Of a stretch of 64,000 nt of DNA, positions 28,701 through 41,516 are shown one piece after another. The notes under the pieces were generated by a model. The model was not told the origin of the DNA. It made no database searches and saw only the letters and a program-made list of their open reading frames with translations. The DNA is taken from positions 61,837-125,836 of the forward strand of contig MCFH01000090.1 of NCBI GenBank assembly GCA_002104945.1. Reading direction: 5' to 3'. This DNA comes from Piromyces finnis finn. Lineage: Eukaryota; Fungi; Neocallimastigomycota. The position numbers and the translations under genes were made by a program. Positions within the stretch are counted from its first letter, which is position 1. Every line of letters starts with the position of its first letter.

Positions 28701-30688
28701 TCGGAATCAAAATTATAAACAATAGCTTGTAATGGTTGATTATTATTTGATTTCCTCTTAATTTTAATTGAATCAGATTCATTTACACTTTGTATAGTGA
28801 CTGTTTGAACATTAGAATTAAGTGGAGTTGAATTATCAGTAGTGAGAGATGTACTGGATTGTCTTTTTTGTTGATCTTCTTCTTCATCTATATTAATAAC
28901 TTCAGTTAAACGACCTAATGATAAGTGTTGTAAATGACCCTTGGATTTTTCATTTTCTTTTGATAATATACTTTGATTATCATCTTCCTTAGTTCCACCA
29001 AGAGAAAATTGAGGAGGTACAGGAACTTGAGGAGTTGGAGGTAATGGGGTAGCTGGTGGTGGTTGTGGTGGAGCAATCTTAAGATGAAGATTAGCTCCAC
29101 TTTGACCTTTATTAGAAACAGACTTTGTTTCTAAGGATTCTTGAGGAGAAGAATGATTTAATAATTCTATTTCATTATTATTTTTTAAACTCTTATTAAT
29201 CATTTTCTCTATAGCATCAGAATTTGAAATTAAAAATTGTTTTTCAGCATTATTTATATCATTAATTGATTTTAATGCATTAGAAAATTCATTTAATTCC
29301 TCTTCTGCAGCATAACTGTCATCAATAGAGGTATCTTTAGCTTCTATTTCAGACATATTATTTTCATTTTCTACATTTTCAATATTTTGGTTACTTTCGT
29401 TATCAATTTCACTAATATTTGATTCATTTATAATTAAAGATGATTCATGTTCGGAAATTGAATCACTACCAGTAACAATGACTTGAGATAATTGAGAAAT
29501 GATTGAACCCTTTTTCATTATTTCACTTACATAATCATTTTCTTCTTCTTCTTGAGTTTCCTTTACTTTATCGTCAACATCGATAATTTCTTTTTCTTCA
29601 ACTAATCTTTCATCTTTATTTATTTCTTCAGATTGTTCTTGTTTTTCTTCACCATCTTCAATTTTTTCTTCTATATTTTCTATATTCTCAATAGTCTCAT
29701 CTTTTTCCTCTATATTTTCACCAACGTCAACCTTTTCTTCTACGGTTTCTTCTTTTTCTTCAACAATATCTTCAGAATTTTCTTCTTCGATAACTTTAAC
29801 TTCTTCAACCTTTTCTTCAGAATTTTCTTCTTCAATAACTTTAACTTCTTCAACCTTTTCTTCTAAACTTTCTTCTTCAACAACTTTAACTTCTTCAACC
29901 TTTTCTTCAGAATTTTCTTCTTCAATAACTTTAACTTCTTCAACCTTTTCTTCTAAACTTTCTTCTTCAACAACTTTAACTTCTTCAACCTTTTCTTCAG
30001 AATTTTCTTCTTCAATAACTTTAACTTCTTCAACCTTTTCTTCTAAACTTTCTTCTTCAATATTTTCAACATTTTCTTCAAAAGTTCCTTCTTCAGCAAC
30101 TTCAACTACATCCATTTTATCATTACTTAATTCTTCATTGACATTTTCATTAATTTCTTCAATTAAAATGTCTTTTTCTGATTCAGGCAAAACTTCTTCA
30201 GATACATTAATCTTATTTGATTGGTTATCTATTTTTTCATCTTCACCTTCTGCTATTTCTTTTTCAATCTCAACAATATCTTCTTTTTCTACTTCAGTTA
30301 TTTTTTCTTCCTGTATTAAAGTAGGTTCTTGCAACTCTTTATATTGTTCTATTGGAATATTGTTGATTTCAATTGAGATATTATCATTTCTTTCTTTTTT
30401 ACCACCATAGATTATATGTTTTTCAAGTTTTTTAATCATATTTTTTACCTTATTCTTTTTTTTACCCTTTTCACTTTTTGTACTCTTGGTACTTTTTACA
30501 GAAGTTTCACTAGTAAAACTAGCTGTTTTATTCAATAATTTTATTCTATCAGATACTGATATAGAATTAGAAGAAGTCGCTTTATTTAATGTCATATTTA
30601 CATCTTGACTATTTACAGAGATATTATTAGAAGAAATGTTATTGACATTATTTGTTTCGTTCATTTTTGATTCTATATTATCACCCAT
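25742..30688 (-). CDS. Large intrinsically disordered protein with a C-terminal-half PH domain, 1648 aa
   Basis: Single uninterrupted ORF with an acidic repeat N-terminus and Pro-rich motifs (PPQPPPATPLPPTP). PH-like segment YYSTHGILKGWKRRFTVLTQDSWIYCFVSNDP...YIIIGCDNKQKCQSWVTSIKSL. C-terminal Q-rich coiled coil. No ortholog recognised. Confidence 0.8.
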   Translation of the reverse strand: MGDNIESKMNETNNVNNISSNNISVNSQDVNMTLNKATSSNSISVSDRIKLLNKTASFTSETSVKSTKSTKSEKGKKKNKVKNMIKKLEKHIIYGGKKERNDNISIEINNIPIEQYKELQEPTLIQEEKITEVEKEDIVEIEKEIAEGEDEKIDNQSNKINVSEEVLPESEKDILIEEINENVNEELSNDKMDVVEVAEEGTFEENVENIEEESLEEKVEEVKVIEEENSEEKVEEVKVVEEESLEEKVEEVKVIEEENSEEKVEEVKVVEEESLEEKVEEVKVIEEENSEEKVEEVKVIEEENSEDIVEEKEETVEEKVDVGENIEEKDETIENIENIEEKIEDGEEKQEQSEEINKDERLVEEKEIIDVDDKVKETQEEEENDYVSEIMKKGSIISQLSQVIVTGSDSISEHESSLIINESNISEIDNESNQNIENVENENNMSEIEAKDTSIDDSYAAEEELNEFSNALKSINDINNAEKQFLISNSDAIEKMINKSLKNNNEIELLNHSSPQESLETKSVSNKGQSGANLHLKIAPPQPPPATPLPPTPQVPVPPQFSLGGTKEDDNQSILSKENEKSKGHLQHLSLGRLTEVINIDEEEDQQKRQSSTSLTTDNSTPLNSNVQTVTIQSVNESDSIKIKRKSNNNQPLQAIVYNFDSEDDVSTKEDSGNDQSLKAEVQSVEEKEESNSINKPVEEKEEDENKETKKTNSLKDEINNKAEAFKTSSKKLKDTFSNIENLLEDLDNQIQSFKTPKLKSVDPTIDGYEGDDETRRMRNKSNNKRNQLLTNSLFIENPNPDMNNLNQRPVSSYTRQSYYTESVMSDDPDILPLPAVIEGGPMSPESVHDITIQSALHPPLVGNNNIIPMYNMDDDFDIDQSLNNNLKILKSSVNPSSMISKKNPAPSPVISTKALKLVGVENHSISNMSAKALKMLGMNAPDERDEFANFQFDERELAMLNAAPITSPHIMNKGHGRNGSSSSKPQTEDYMPVYPSHEMGRNMNERPMSLEEIEEVENLLNDDNDDLTRDPSMLTMGSIKSNNSFNSVGNNSFAMSQKVKKVFGLSEYEFSMMNNMNNMNNMNGMNNRNTMSSMNSMNSLNNEMNPMSPRTPNVGISSPHQQFSLPVDNLNLSRYSINDGENQVNGIISSKALKIIGLEDTTSSSPPPPTPTTPLKKPDYIDGKKNAKSSKREKMKEFEEVKEVNRNLTPTLASLKPILTDNLYYSTHGILKGWKRRFTVLTQDSWIYCFVSNDPKNHAIIAVPINSNTIVKEYFDPINIVPYFVEIISKPEDSDSKRYIIIGCDNKQKCQSWVTSIKSLVARDKFSNAKLPPKPNSMEEDLDIGNVSIINPNPVNSPLYNNTNFSNGRPHSLYNKGMSGDLGSLYDDVTGYNSSMAPSGIERSHTYGEKPVTSPLMVPINGQANVVKKPQVKNIRITKHPVRKESFKPHYSNMNMIKSPNLSAMNGSRTPRMNSQSMIPMVSSTPLLKGQYSPYSPVTKPLNDFSLTSPTLPPMSLPSTSHSPSIIATPKSIGGPTYRRSPLLGAETIGMPSTGMASPLLSPKQKSINMISSPYLGGYNPNQYNPMMNPMEDMMDYESVQQQRMFQQEELIKQQQQQILQLQKQLLKNQQEMEQGIVMDMPKDKNY
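29771..30058 (-). repeat. Coding 45-bp tandem repeat x6.4 (EEESLEEKVEEVKVI / EEENSEEKVEEVKVV)
   Basis: Six 15-aa units plus a partial seventh are visible in the translation. Two unit types alternate. Confidence 0.95.
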
Positions 30689-32622
30689 TTTTTATGTATT
30701 ATTAACAAAAATATTTGTAAAAATTAAAAAATATTATATTTCCTTAAATTATAAAATAAAATATATTCTTTGAATATACTTTTTTAATATGTATTTAAAA
30801 ATTATATATATATAACTATTTAATAAATATTTTAAAACGTTTTATTAATAATTCTATATACGTATTTTATATTTAATTTTTAGCTTTATTGTTTTTATTT
30901 TATTGTTTTTGATTTAGTTATTTATTCGAATGAAAAATTAAAGTTTTATTTTTTATTTTGGATTTATTTCCTTTTAAAATATTTAAATAATTTATTAATT
31001 AGATGGCTAAAATATTTCGAGTGTGATTATGATTAATAGTGATTTTTATTTTTATTTAAATGAGTTGTTATGTAGTATATTGTTTATTTTTATTTATGAT
31101 TGCATATGTTTTTTTTATATTTATTAAATATGTTTTTTTTTATCGGTTTGCTTATTTTTGGAAATGTATAACAAAATTATTTAAATAATAAAACATAAAT
31201 ATTATTTAAATAATTTTTATCGTTTCTTTTTTTTAAAAAAAAAAGACTGTAAGACTCTAATATTTCTTAATAAATTATTAAATATTAATAAATTTATTTG
31301 TTATTGACGTAATAATTTTATGAATATCACTTTTTTTTTTTATTTTATTTGTTGTTTAGTTTTAATTTGATAACATTTGATTTCAAATCGTAATTTAGTA
31401 TTATTGGTAGAGAGGAAATTGATATAAATGAAATTTAAATAACATCTTTATAATTTTTTATTTTTAATTTATATATATGATTCTTTTCTTTTATTTTTTT
31501 TATTCTCTTTCTTTTTTCTTCTTTATTATTTTTATTATGAAATAAAGATATTTTACAATATAATAATAAATAATATATATAAAGAAAAGAAAGAAAGAAA
31601 GAAAAAGGTATAAAAGAAAAGATATAAAGTTTATTTCAAAACTTTTTAAATAAATAAAAAATTATAAGAAATTGAATTAAAAAAATTTGAAGAAAAGAAA
31701 AAGAAAAAAAATTTTTTTTTTTTTTTGAATATTATTTTTTCCTCACACTTTCTTTTTTTTTTTTTTTCTCAAACTATTATTATTGATAATTATAATTATA
31801 TTATTTCATATTATTTTAATATATTATTAATAATATATAAATTAATACCAATCGGTCTATATAAATAAAAAATGAAAAAAATAAAATGATAGAATACCAA
31901 AAAGTTTAATTTTCAATATAAATTAACTTTATAAAATTAATATAAAATAATAAATTTATTATATTATAATTATATTACAACTAATATTTTTTTTAAATCA
32001 AATAAATTAATTATATTATTAAATAAAGTTTAGTCGCTAATAAAATTTTAGTGATGAGCAAAAGTGTTACAAAACAAAAAGTATTCAATAATCAGTTTAA
32101 TATTAATTTATTTAATTTTATTATAATATATGTATAATTATAATTTAATATATATCAATAATTAATATAGTAAAAATGCCTTAATATTTAATATATTATT
32201 AATATAAAAAATTATATTAAAATAGAAATAGTTTTTGTGCAACTTTAATTTTAATATAGAAATAAACATTTTTATAACAATATTATTAAAGTTTAATTGT
32301 TAATATATTGATTGTTTTAGAAAACTTTATTTTATAAAATAATATAAGATAAAGTTTCATTTTTTAGATGTATATTTACTTTTGTGTAAATAATTATTAA
32401 TAAATATAAATAGAATAGAATCTATAGATAAGATATATATAAAATAATTAAAATTAATCCATAAAAAAATAGTATTATGTGTTTATATATAATCTTAACA
32501 ATAAATAATAGAATATGGTTATAATATTCTATTAAATAGTATCTATTATTATCACCACATTTTATTCCCAACAATCAATTATAATGTGTTTAACTATACT
32601 AGACTTATTGGTGGTACTATTA

Positions 32623-32691
32623 GTTGTATATCTAGTAATTATGGAATTATGGTAGGCTTGTTGGTTGTATATCTAGTAATTATGGAATTAT
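32623..32691. repeat. 28-bp direct repeat x2 (gttgtatatctagtaattatggaattat)
   Basis: Exact copies at 32623-32650 and 32664-32691. Confidence 0.9.
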
Positions 32692-33466
32692 ATTATTAAT
32701 ATTTATATGAAATATAATAATCCTTATTTCTATAAATTTATTTTCAAAAAAAAAAAAAAAGGATTTATACTTTTTGTATTGACTTTTTAATAAAATGGCA
32801 TTTATTTCATATATTACACTTTTATACTATATAAATATTTTTAATATTCTAATCCACAATTGATTAAACCACAACCATAAAATATTACCAGAAAAAAATC
32901 CACACAAAGCAACATTTAATAGCAGGAATAATATTAAAATTTGATTAAAGAATATAAACTTTATTATATATTAAAAATGATTTAATTTTTTAAAACTGCC
33001 CAAAGTATCTTTGAAAGATGAATTCTTTCCCATAGAATAAAATAATTCCACATATTATGTTATATAGTATTGTTGAATATTAAGTGTGCTACCTTTACTA
33101 AATATTAAATATTTTTAAAAAAATATCATTGTCAAAAAAGAAATAAAAAAAAATATTCTATTGATATACAACATAAAGATATTCTTTTTTTTTTTTTGAC
33201 ATTTTCAATTGGAAAAAAAATATATTTTTTATTAAAAAAAAGTATCATAATAATGATGGTAGTACAAATAATAAACTTTTCCTTTTTCTCTAACAATATA
33301 ATAATGGTGGTGGGAATATTTTTTATTCTATAACAAAATAATAATGATGGTGGATTTAGAAAGAAATTTTATTAAATAAAAGTATTACAGTAAACGTTAC
33401 ATGTATTAAATAGGATTAGAATGGATAAAGCAGTATGGTTTAAATTAAACAGTTTTTTTTATCTTG

Positions 33467-33603
33467 AAAAAAAATTCACCAAAAAAAATTAAAATTTATT
33501 TATTTATTATTTATTCATTCATTCATTTTATAGAAAAAAAATTCACCAAAAAAAATTAAAATTTATTTATTTATTATTTATTCATTCATTCATTTTATAG
33601 AAA
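33467..33603. repeat. 67-bp tandem duplication
   Basis: The attcacc anchor occurs at 33474 and 33541, and the two units read identically. Confidence 0.9.
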
Positions 33604-34473
33604 TACATCTGAGTTACATATTGTATTTTATCACCCAATCAAATAGTTAAGATGACTACTTAAACTATAATAGAAATATATTAATAGTTTATAATGTAAT
33701 AAAATCAATAGGATGGAATAAAAATGGGATTTAGTATTCATTTAATAACTTCTTATTTCTAACATTAATAATAATAATGATGATGATGATGATGATATAA
33801 ATATATATATATACTCTTTTTTTTATTACATTATTTGGTAGTAATAATCAAATCTTTGTATAAATCCGTTGGTTTTTAATTGTATATATTGTATTGTATA
33901 CAAAAATGAAAATGTACCACAAGAATGTAGCTTAAAAAAATTTTTTTTTAAAAGATTTATTATTATTAATAAATAAAATCCCTATTCATTTTAACAATGA
34001 ACAAATTAAAAAAAAAATCTTTTTTTTTTTCAAATTTAAAAAATTAATAAATAAATAATTAAAAGATAAAAAAAAAAAGATAAAAATAATTATTTTATCA
34101 AAAAACAAACACCCATTAAAATTAAGATTTCTTTTCTTTTTTTTTTTTTTTTTTTTTACTAGTATTCTAAGCTAAAGAAAAGAAAAAAAAAGAAAAAAAA
34201 AAAAGAAAACATTTAAATATTTACAACAAACACTTCATTACAAGAATTATTGTAATTTTTGGTTAAAAAAAAATAGTGAAAAAAAAAATTAATTATTCTT
34301 TATTTTATTTTAAAAATTTAATCTATATATAAAATTATTATTATATTAGTAATTAAATCATCATAATTAATTAATCATATTTAAAAATAAATCGAATATT
34401 ATTAAATAATTAAGGAAATAAAAAAAAAAGGTAAAATTGATATTATATATTTTATTATATTAATATAATGATA

Positions 34474-34510
<37 letters not shown>

Positions 34511-34800
34511 ACATTTAATATCTCTTTCATTTATATTTAATTTTTATTATTAATAAATTATTTATTTGCTTTTCTTTCACTTTTATTTTATATATGTAGG
34601 TTGTTTTAATAGCAATAATTAAGAAGTAATAATAATTATCAATAATCAAAATACAAAAATAAAATAAATAATTCTTATTGAGATAAATATATTACGAAAT
34701 ATAAATTAATAAATTTCATAAAAAAAAAATCATTCTTTAATAATACCTTAAGAAGTTAAAAGTAAAAAAAAAAAAAAGTTTAAATTTTATATATATAAAA

Positions 34801-36614
34801 ATGGTATCACCGCCAAAACCATGGGAAAGAGGTTATGTTAAAAATGCTGCTGGTTCATCAGCTACACCAATAGCTGATACCACCGCAGTAGCATCAACAG
34901 CAGCTGATATTAAGGATAGCGCAGCAACAGATACTACTGCTGTTGCCACTACATCTTCAACACCAGCTTTACCACCAAGACCAACAAATTCTTCTTTAAC
35001 AAGATCAGGTAATTATTTTAAAAACAATACAATGGTGTTAAATATTAAAATATAATTAAACTATATTTAGTGTGATACTCTGAAATTTAATAATGAAAAT
35101 CAGATTTTATTAAATGAATAATAAATTCATATAATAAATATAGAATGAATAGTGGGAAAAATGAGGATATTAAATTTTAAATTTATACAAAATTAAATTA
35201 CAAATGAAATGATTATTTTTGTTAATCCATAATTAAATCAAGATTAGTATTGAAATAATAATAAAATTGAAAATGGAAAAATAAAAATTGAAAAAAAAAA
35301 AAGAAAGAAAGAAAGAAAATACTTAAAAGATACATAAATTTGAAATGGAAATAAAAAAAATAAATAGAAAAAAAAATAGTTGCAAAAGAATATATATTTG
35401 TGGCAACATTTTCAATAACAACAAATGTATTAAAATCAAGATGAATTAAACTTTAATTTATTATTAATTTCTAGGACTCGATTATGACACTTCTTATGGA
35501 TCATCATTGGGTTATAATTCATTAGGTTATAGTGGTTATGGAAGTTCATATGGATATGGAGGTTATAGTTCATATTCACCATATAGTCGTTTTGGTAGTT
35601 ATGGTAGTTATGGAAGTTATGGTGGTTTAGGCTATTCTTCTTATGGAGGTCTCGGTTACGGTTATAATAGAATGGGTTATGGTTACCCAGGAATGATGAA
35701 TAATGAATTATCATTAACAAGACAAATGGAAGAAAGTACCCAAACAGCCTTCCAAACTATGAGTTCAATTGTTCAAGCATTTGGAGGTTTCGCTCAAATG
35801 TTAGATTCTACCTTTATGGCTACTCATTCATCCTTCATGGCAATGGTTGGTGTTGCTGATCAATTATCCCATTTAAGAGGTAATCTTGGCGATGTTTTTT
35901 CAATGTTTAATATAGTAAAATATATAAAACGTTGGCTCGGTTATGAAAAGCCAGAAATTAATTCCTCAGAATTTGAATCCTTCAGTAAAGATTCATCAAA
36001 ATCTCAACTTGTGAAGAGTGGCAAACGCCAAAATGGTAAACCAGTCATTTTATTCATGTTATTTATGTTTGGACTTCCATATTTAATGACCAAAGTTATT
36101 AATATTTTAAAGAGACGTCAACAACAACAACAAATGGGTATGCTTCCAAACAACATGCCAATGAATCCAGCCTTAGCTGGTTCTCAATCCCTTTCTTCCT
36201 TCCCAAGAAATGCTGAAGGAAAACCAATTATTGAATTTGCCAGATGTTTATACGATTTCCAAGCCCAAAGTCCAATGGAATTAGATATTAAAAAGGGTGA
36301 TATTATCGCTATTATCTCTAAATTAGATCAAAATGGACAACCATCCCAATGGTGGAAAGGAAGATTACAACATGGTCCAACCGGTATTTTCCCATCAAGT
36401 AAGTTTTTTTTTTCTTTTCTTATTTTCTTTAGTGTATTATTCTTATTCCTATTCCTATGAAATTAAAAAAAAAAAACTAAAAAATTTTTACATTTTAACA
36501 GATTATGTCGAATTGATACCAACTAAACAAGAAAAGAAAGAAAATGTAGAAACACCAGCAGAACCAATAAAACAAGACATATCTTCATCTGATGCTTCTG
36601 TTGCCTCCTCCTAA
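34801..36614 (+). CDS. PEX13: Peroxisomal docking/translocation protein Pex13, ~414 aa
   Basis: Exons 34801-35008, 35475-36398, 36502-36614 (1245 nt, in frame). N-terminal MVSPPKPWER, YG-rich region, conserved core (MEESTQTAFQTMSSIVQAFGGFAQMLDSTFMATHSSFMAMVGVADQL), TM segment (LFGLPYLM-like) and C-terminal SH3 (ARCLYDF..ELDIKKGDII..WWKGRL..GIFPSNYVE). Confidence 0.96.
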
Positions 36615-37529
36615 AATCCCTAATATATTATATATTATTATATATATATAATTTTTTTTTTTTAATATCATCGTTATCGTCAAAAAAAAAAAAAAAAAGA
36701 AAAAAGAAAAAAAAATTAAATTATTAATAATGAATACTATTATCTCGTTTAACTTTTTTTTTTTTTTTTTTTTTATTGTTTTAATTAAATAAAATTTAAG
36801 AAAACTATTTTTAATTCTATAAACTTTTTTTTTTTTTCTTTTTTAATCCTATTATAAAATATTTTTTCTTTTTTTTTTTTTTTAATCTAAAAAAAAAAAA
36901 AGTTTTTTCTTCTTCATCTTTTTTAAAATTAATAAAGCTAAACAATAAAAAAAAAAATAATAATAATAAATTAAAAAATTAAAAATAATAATAGTAATAG
37001 AAAATAGATATATCATAAAAAAAAATAGAAAGAAAGCTTTTTAGATTTATACATAAAAATAAAAAATAAAAAATAAAAAAAAAAAAAAAGACATAACCTA
37101 TACATAATAAAAAAATAAATCAATATTAAATAATAAACCTTTTTTTTTTACTTTTACAAATAAGAAAATGTAAAATTAAAAATAATCTATATAATATTTT
37201 ATTTAAAAGTTTTTTTATATTTATTTATTAAATTGCTTTTTTTTTTTTTTTTTTTTTTTTTTCTTAATTGTTTATTCCTCTTTTTCAAAAATAAAAAAAA
37301 AAATAAATAAATTATAAAGGATACAGTTCTTTTATATATTGATATATTTGCTAATGTATTTATTTTTTGTTTTTGTTTTTTTTATTTCTTTATTTTTTTT
37401 TAGATGTTTAATACTTTTTGTTGTTGTTCCATAATTTTTTTTTTTTTTAAAAAAAAGTAGATATAAATTAAATTTTTTTTTATTACTTTATTTTTATTCC
37501 ATGAACAATTAATTTATTACTTGCTTTTT

Positions 37530-39583
37530 TTAAGATTGTCTAATGTAGGTAGCATCAATTTGAATTAAAGATGGGAAAGCTAATTTAAGCTTAAGACGAT
37601 AGGATTGAGCATTATTCTTTTGTACTGGATTACCTTCAAAGTAAACGGTAGCAATCTTTTTATTATTTGATAAACCTTCAATAACATTTTCAAAGGAATC
37701 AATTTGATTATAGGATGCCCATAATTCTTCTAAATCAGCTAAATGGCTTAAATTTTCAACCTTTTCAATACGATTATTAGAAACATCAAGGACTCTTAAT
37801 TTTTTATTATTTTCTAAACCTTCAATCTTTTGAATACCATTATGACTAATGTATAATTCTTCTAAATTAATTAAACCACCCAAGTTTTCAAGTTTAACAA
37901 TACGATTACTTTGAATACTTAAAATGGTAAGATTAGCAAGATGATCAAAACCACCAAGTTGTCTAATCTTATTCTTACCAAGCCATAATTGTTCTAATTT
38001 AACTAATTTATCCAATCCATCAATAACACGAATACGATTACCACCTAATTCTAAATTAGTTAATTCTGTAAGACTATCTAAATTTTCAATAACAGAAATT
38101 TTATTTTGAATGAAATAAATATCTTTTAATTTAGTGAGAGTGGAAACATTTTCGATTTGTTTGATCTTATTGAAGGATAAATCTAATGATCTGTATAAAT
38201 GTATTATTGAGGAGTGATAGATAAGGGTTATTGATGTTGGATATTATTTGTCAAATGGAGATATGAATTGTTTATTATATAGATATACATATATAATAAA
38301 AATGAAATACATATAAAAGAATTTATATATTATTAGTATGGTAGGTACAAAGGTAAAGCCATATAACTTTTTATATATATAATAAAGAAATGTATTTAAA
38401 TTAAAAGATAAAAAAATAAAAAATAAATTACTCCAAGTTGGTTAAAGTATCTAAATTTTCAATATGCTTAATTCTGTTATCATATAAATCTAATTCTTCT
38501 AAATTTACTAATTTATCAAGACCACTAATTCTAGTAATAACATTTTGGCGTAAAGAAAGGGTCTACCGTTTAATATATATATATAGAATTAATTGTTTTT
38601 TTAAAAAAAAAAAAGATAAAAAATAAAAAAAAGAAAGAAAAAGAAAAAAAAAAATTAAAAAAACGCACATAATATAATGTTATAATTTATAATTATAATG
38701 TTATAAACTATAAATTTATAAATGGATATTACCTTTAAAAGAGTAAAACGATTAATATTTATCTTTTCTAAATCTGAGATTTGAGTGTGAGTAAGATCGA
38801 GATCCTGAATGTTTTTAAAATTTGTATTTTATATTTATTTAAAAAAATAAATGTATTTTACATAAAGATTTTCCAACAATCAATGGTATTTAAAATTGAT
38901 TTGTATCATTTTTAATGATAATAACGATACATATAATGTTTTAATTAAATGTTAAATAAAGAGATAAAGTTGTTTATTGATATATGAATGAATTGAAAGA
39001 AAAAGTAATTTCAATAAAGTTTATATGAAAATCATATTATTGATTACATTCATTTACAATAATATATATAATATAAATAATATAGATATTAGTAAATAAT
39101 AATTAAATAAAAACTATAATAAAAATTATAATAATATCACTGTTATTAGAATTTTATATTACTTCAGAATCTGGACTAACATCAGCTAAGAATTCTATTT
39201 TAATAATAATAATAATTGAAATAGAAATTGTAAGAAAAAAAAAAATTAAATATTTTAATTGCATAAAGGTAATAACGAAATGTGGAAATTTATATAAATT
39301 TTGGTTTTGTAAAAAAAAATTAAGTATTTTTTTAACATTTATAAAAATAAATTGTTGTTATTTTTAATTATAATCTAGTATGTAGTTTTATAGTTTATAC
39401 TACTTTTTATAATTTTGTTAATATACCTGAACCAAGTTCTTTAACTTGTTCATTTGCTTCTTCTTCATTATTACTGTCAGAAGAATAATTATCTTGTTCA
39501 GCTTCTTTTTTTACTACAACTTGTTCTTCCTTTTTTTCAACGTTTTGTTCTATTTGAGAATTTTTATTAGCTTCACCTTCCAT
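37530..39583 (-). CDS. SDS22: Protein phosphatase 1 regulatory subunit Sds22/PPP1R7 (LRR), ~350 aa
   Basis: Minus-strand exons 39583-39427, 39194-39163, 38804-38733, 38562-38432, 38190-37530 (1053 nt, in frame). 22-aa SDS22-type LRRs (TLSLRQNVI, ELDLYDNRIKHIENL, LDLSFNKI, LELGGNRIR, LWLGKNKI, LSIQSNRI) and an LRR cap ending LIQIDATY. Confidence 0.94.
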
Positions 39584-40566
39584 TGTTTATTATTTTAAAA
39601 AGAGTCTTTAACTTTTGTTGGTAAAAAAAAAAAAAAAAAAATTATTAAAATTATATTATTAATAATTTATTAATTTATTATTCACTTTTTTTTTTTTTTT
39701 AATTAAAAAAAATGATATAGCAGCAGCAGCAGCCTATTCATTTTAAATTTATTAATAAAACCTTTGGTGAATGGTGGTGGTGATTATTTCGTTTGGTGGG
39801 TGGTGGAAAGGTGGTGGAAATAAAAATGATGATTTAAATTAAAATTAAATAGCATGCGCCACATTAAATAATATAAAAAAAAGGCCTATTTAATAATAAA
39901 CATCTTTTGGAAATATAATAGTATATATATTTATAACCTTTATATATTTATAATTTATAATATATTTATATGTATAAAAAAAAGAGTTTATCATCAATTT
40001 ATCACTTTTTAAAATAAAAAAGAGATTTTCTTAATTTTTTATAAAGTCATCATTGAATAATCTAATCCTTTATATTGATTTGATAAAAAGTATGGTGGTA
40101 TCAACAACACTTTTTTTTTTATCAATGTTTCAACCGTAATAATGAATCAAAAGAAATATTTTATACGATTTTATTTATTTACATATATATATATAACATA
40201 TTTATTGATATATAATATTAATTAAAAAAAAAAAAAAAAAGAGCTTTTTATTTGATACATAATATCTATAAAATTTAAAAAAAGAGGTTAAAGTCAATTC
40301 TTTTAAATATAATAATGTATATTCAATTACTTTATAAAAGATACACTTGTGTTATGGTAGAACATTATATAAAAATAAGAAAAATTTATAAATAGTTTAA
40401 CTTTTATAAATAATAGATAATAAACATTATTAAAAAAAATGTTTACTTAAAATAGATATATAATCATTATTCAGAGTTATACAGTGTCATACAGTACTAT
40501 TCAAAGGTATACAGTGCGATTCAAAGTTATTCAATAGATACTTTTAGTATGCATAGGTTTATTATC

Positions 40567-40612
40567 CATAATTCATTAGACATAATTCATTAGACATAAT
40601 TCATTAGACATA
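40567..40612. repeat. 14-bp tandem repeat x3.3 (cataattcattaga)
   Basis: Exact units at 40567, 40581 and 40595. Confidence 0.9.
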
Positions 40613-41516
40613 TTGATCTATAATCCATGGTTTCACTATATCTTTTTTATATCTTTTTATTTACACTTTTAACCATGAAAAATTCTAATAAAAATTGCTT
40701 TTTCTCTGGTTGTTTTAATCCTAATCAAAAAAAGAAATTTTTATTTTTTGATAGTTTTTTTTTTTTGATAATAATTTCTGATATCTAAAACCAAATAATT
40801 ATAAAAATTTATAATTAAATGATCAAATTATATTAAATTATATTGTAATATATGAACATCCATATATTAAAAAATAGCTATCAAAAATAAATTTTAATCT
40901 TTAAAAAAAATTTAAATTAAAAAAAAAAAAAAAAGAACCGTTTTTTTTTCTAATTTTTTTTTATAAAAAAGTTGAAAGATTGATTCTTTTTTTAAATATA
41001 AAAAGAAAGGGTGTTTATTTGTTCATTGTTTTGTAATATTTATTATAATAATTATTTCAATATCTTTTATTATAATACATAATATATATACCAAAATATA
41101 TTTATTTAAATATTTCATTCAATTTCCAATTTAGCAAATTTTATTTTCTATTTGTTTATTAAATAATAGTCAACTTTTTTGGTGGTCATTGGGTTTATTA
41201 ATAAATAAACAATTCAATAAAAATTAAATAACAATAAAAAAAAAAAAAAAAACCCTCACAATTATAAAATATATTATTATACAGTATTAACAGTACAATA
41301 CACAAGTGAAATAAAATAAATTTTTTTAAAGCAATTAAAATTCAGAAATTATATTATCAAATTAAATTTTCAATAAAACACCAGTATAACTCTCAAGTAC
41401 CTACTTTTTATTTTTATTGAGAAAAAAAAAAGTATTTGAAATTAATATTAAAAAATTACAATAATCTATCGAAATAATTTTAAATAATATATATAAATAA
41501 TATCCTGTATATAAAA

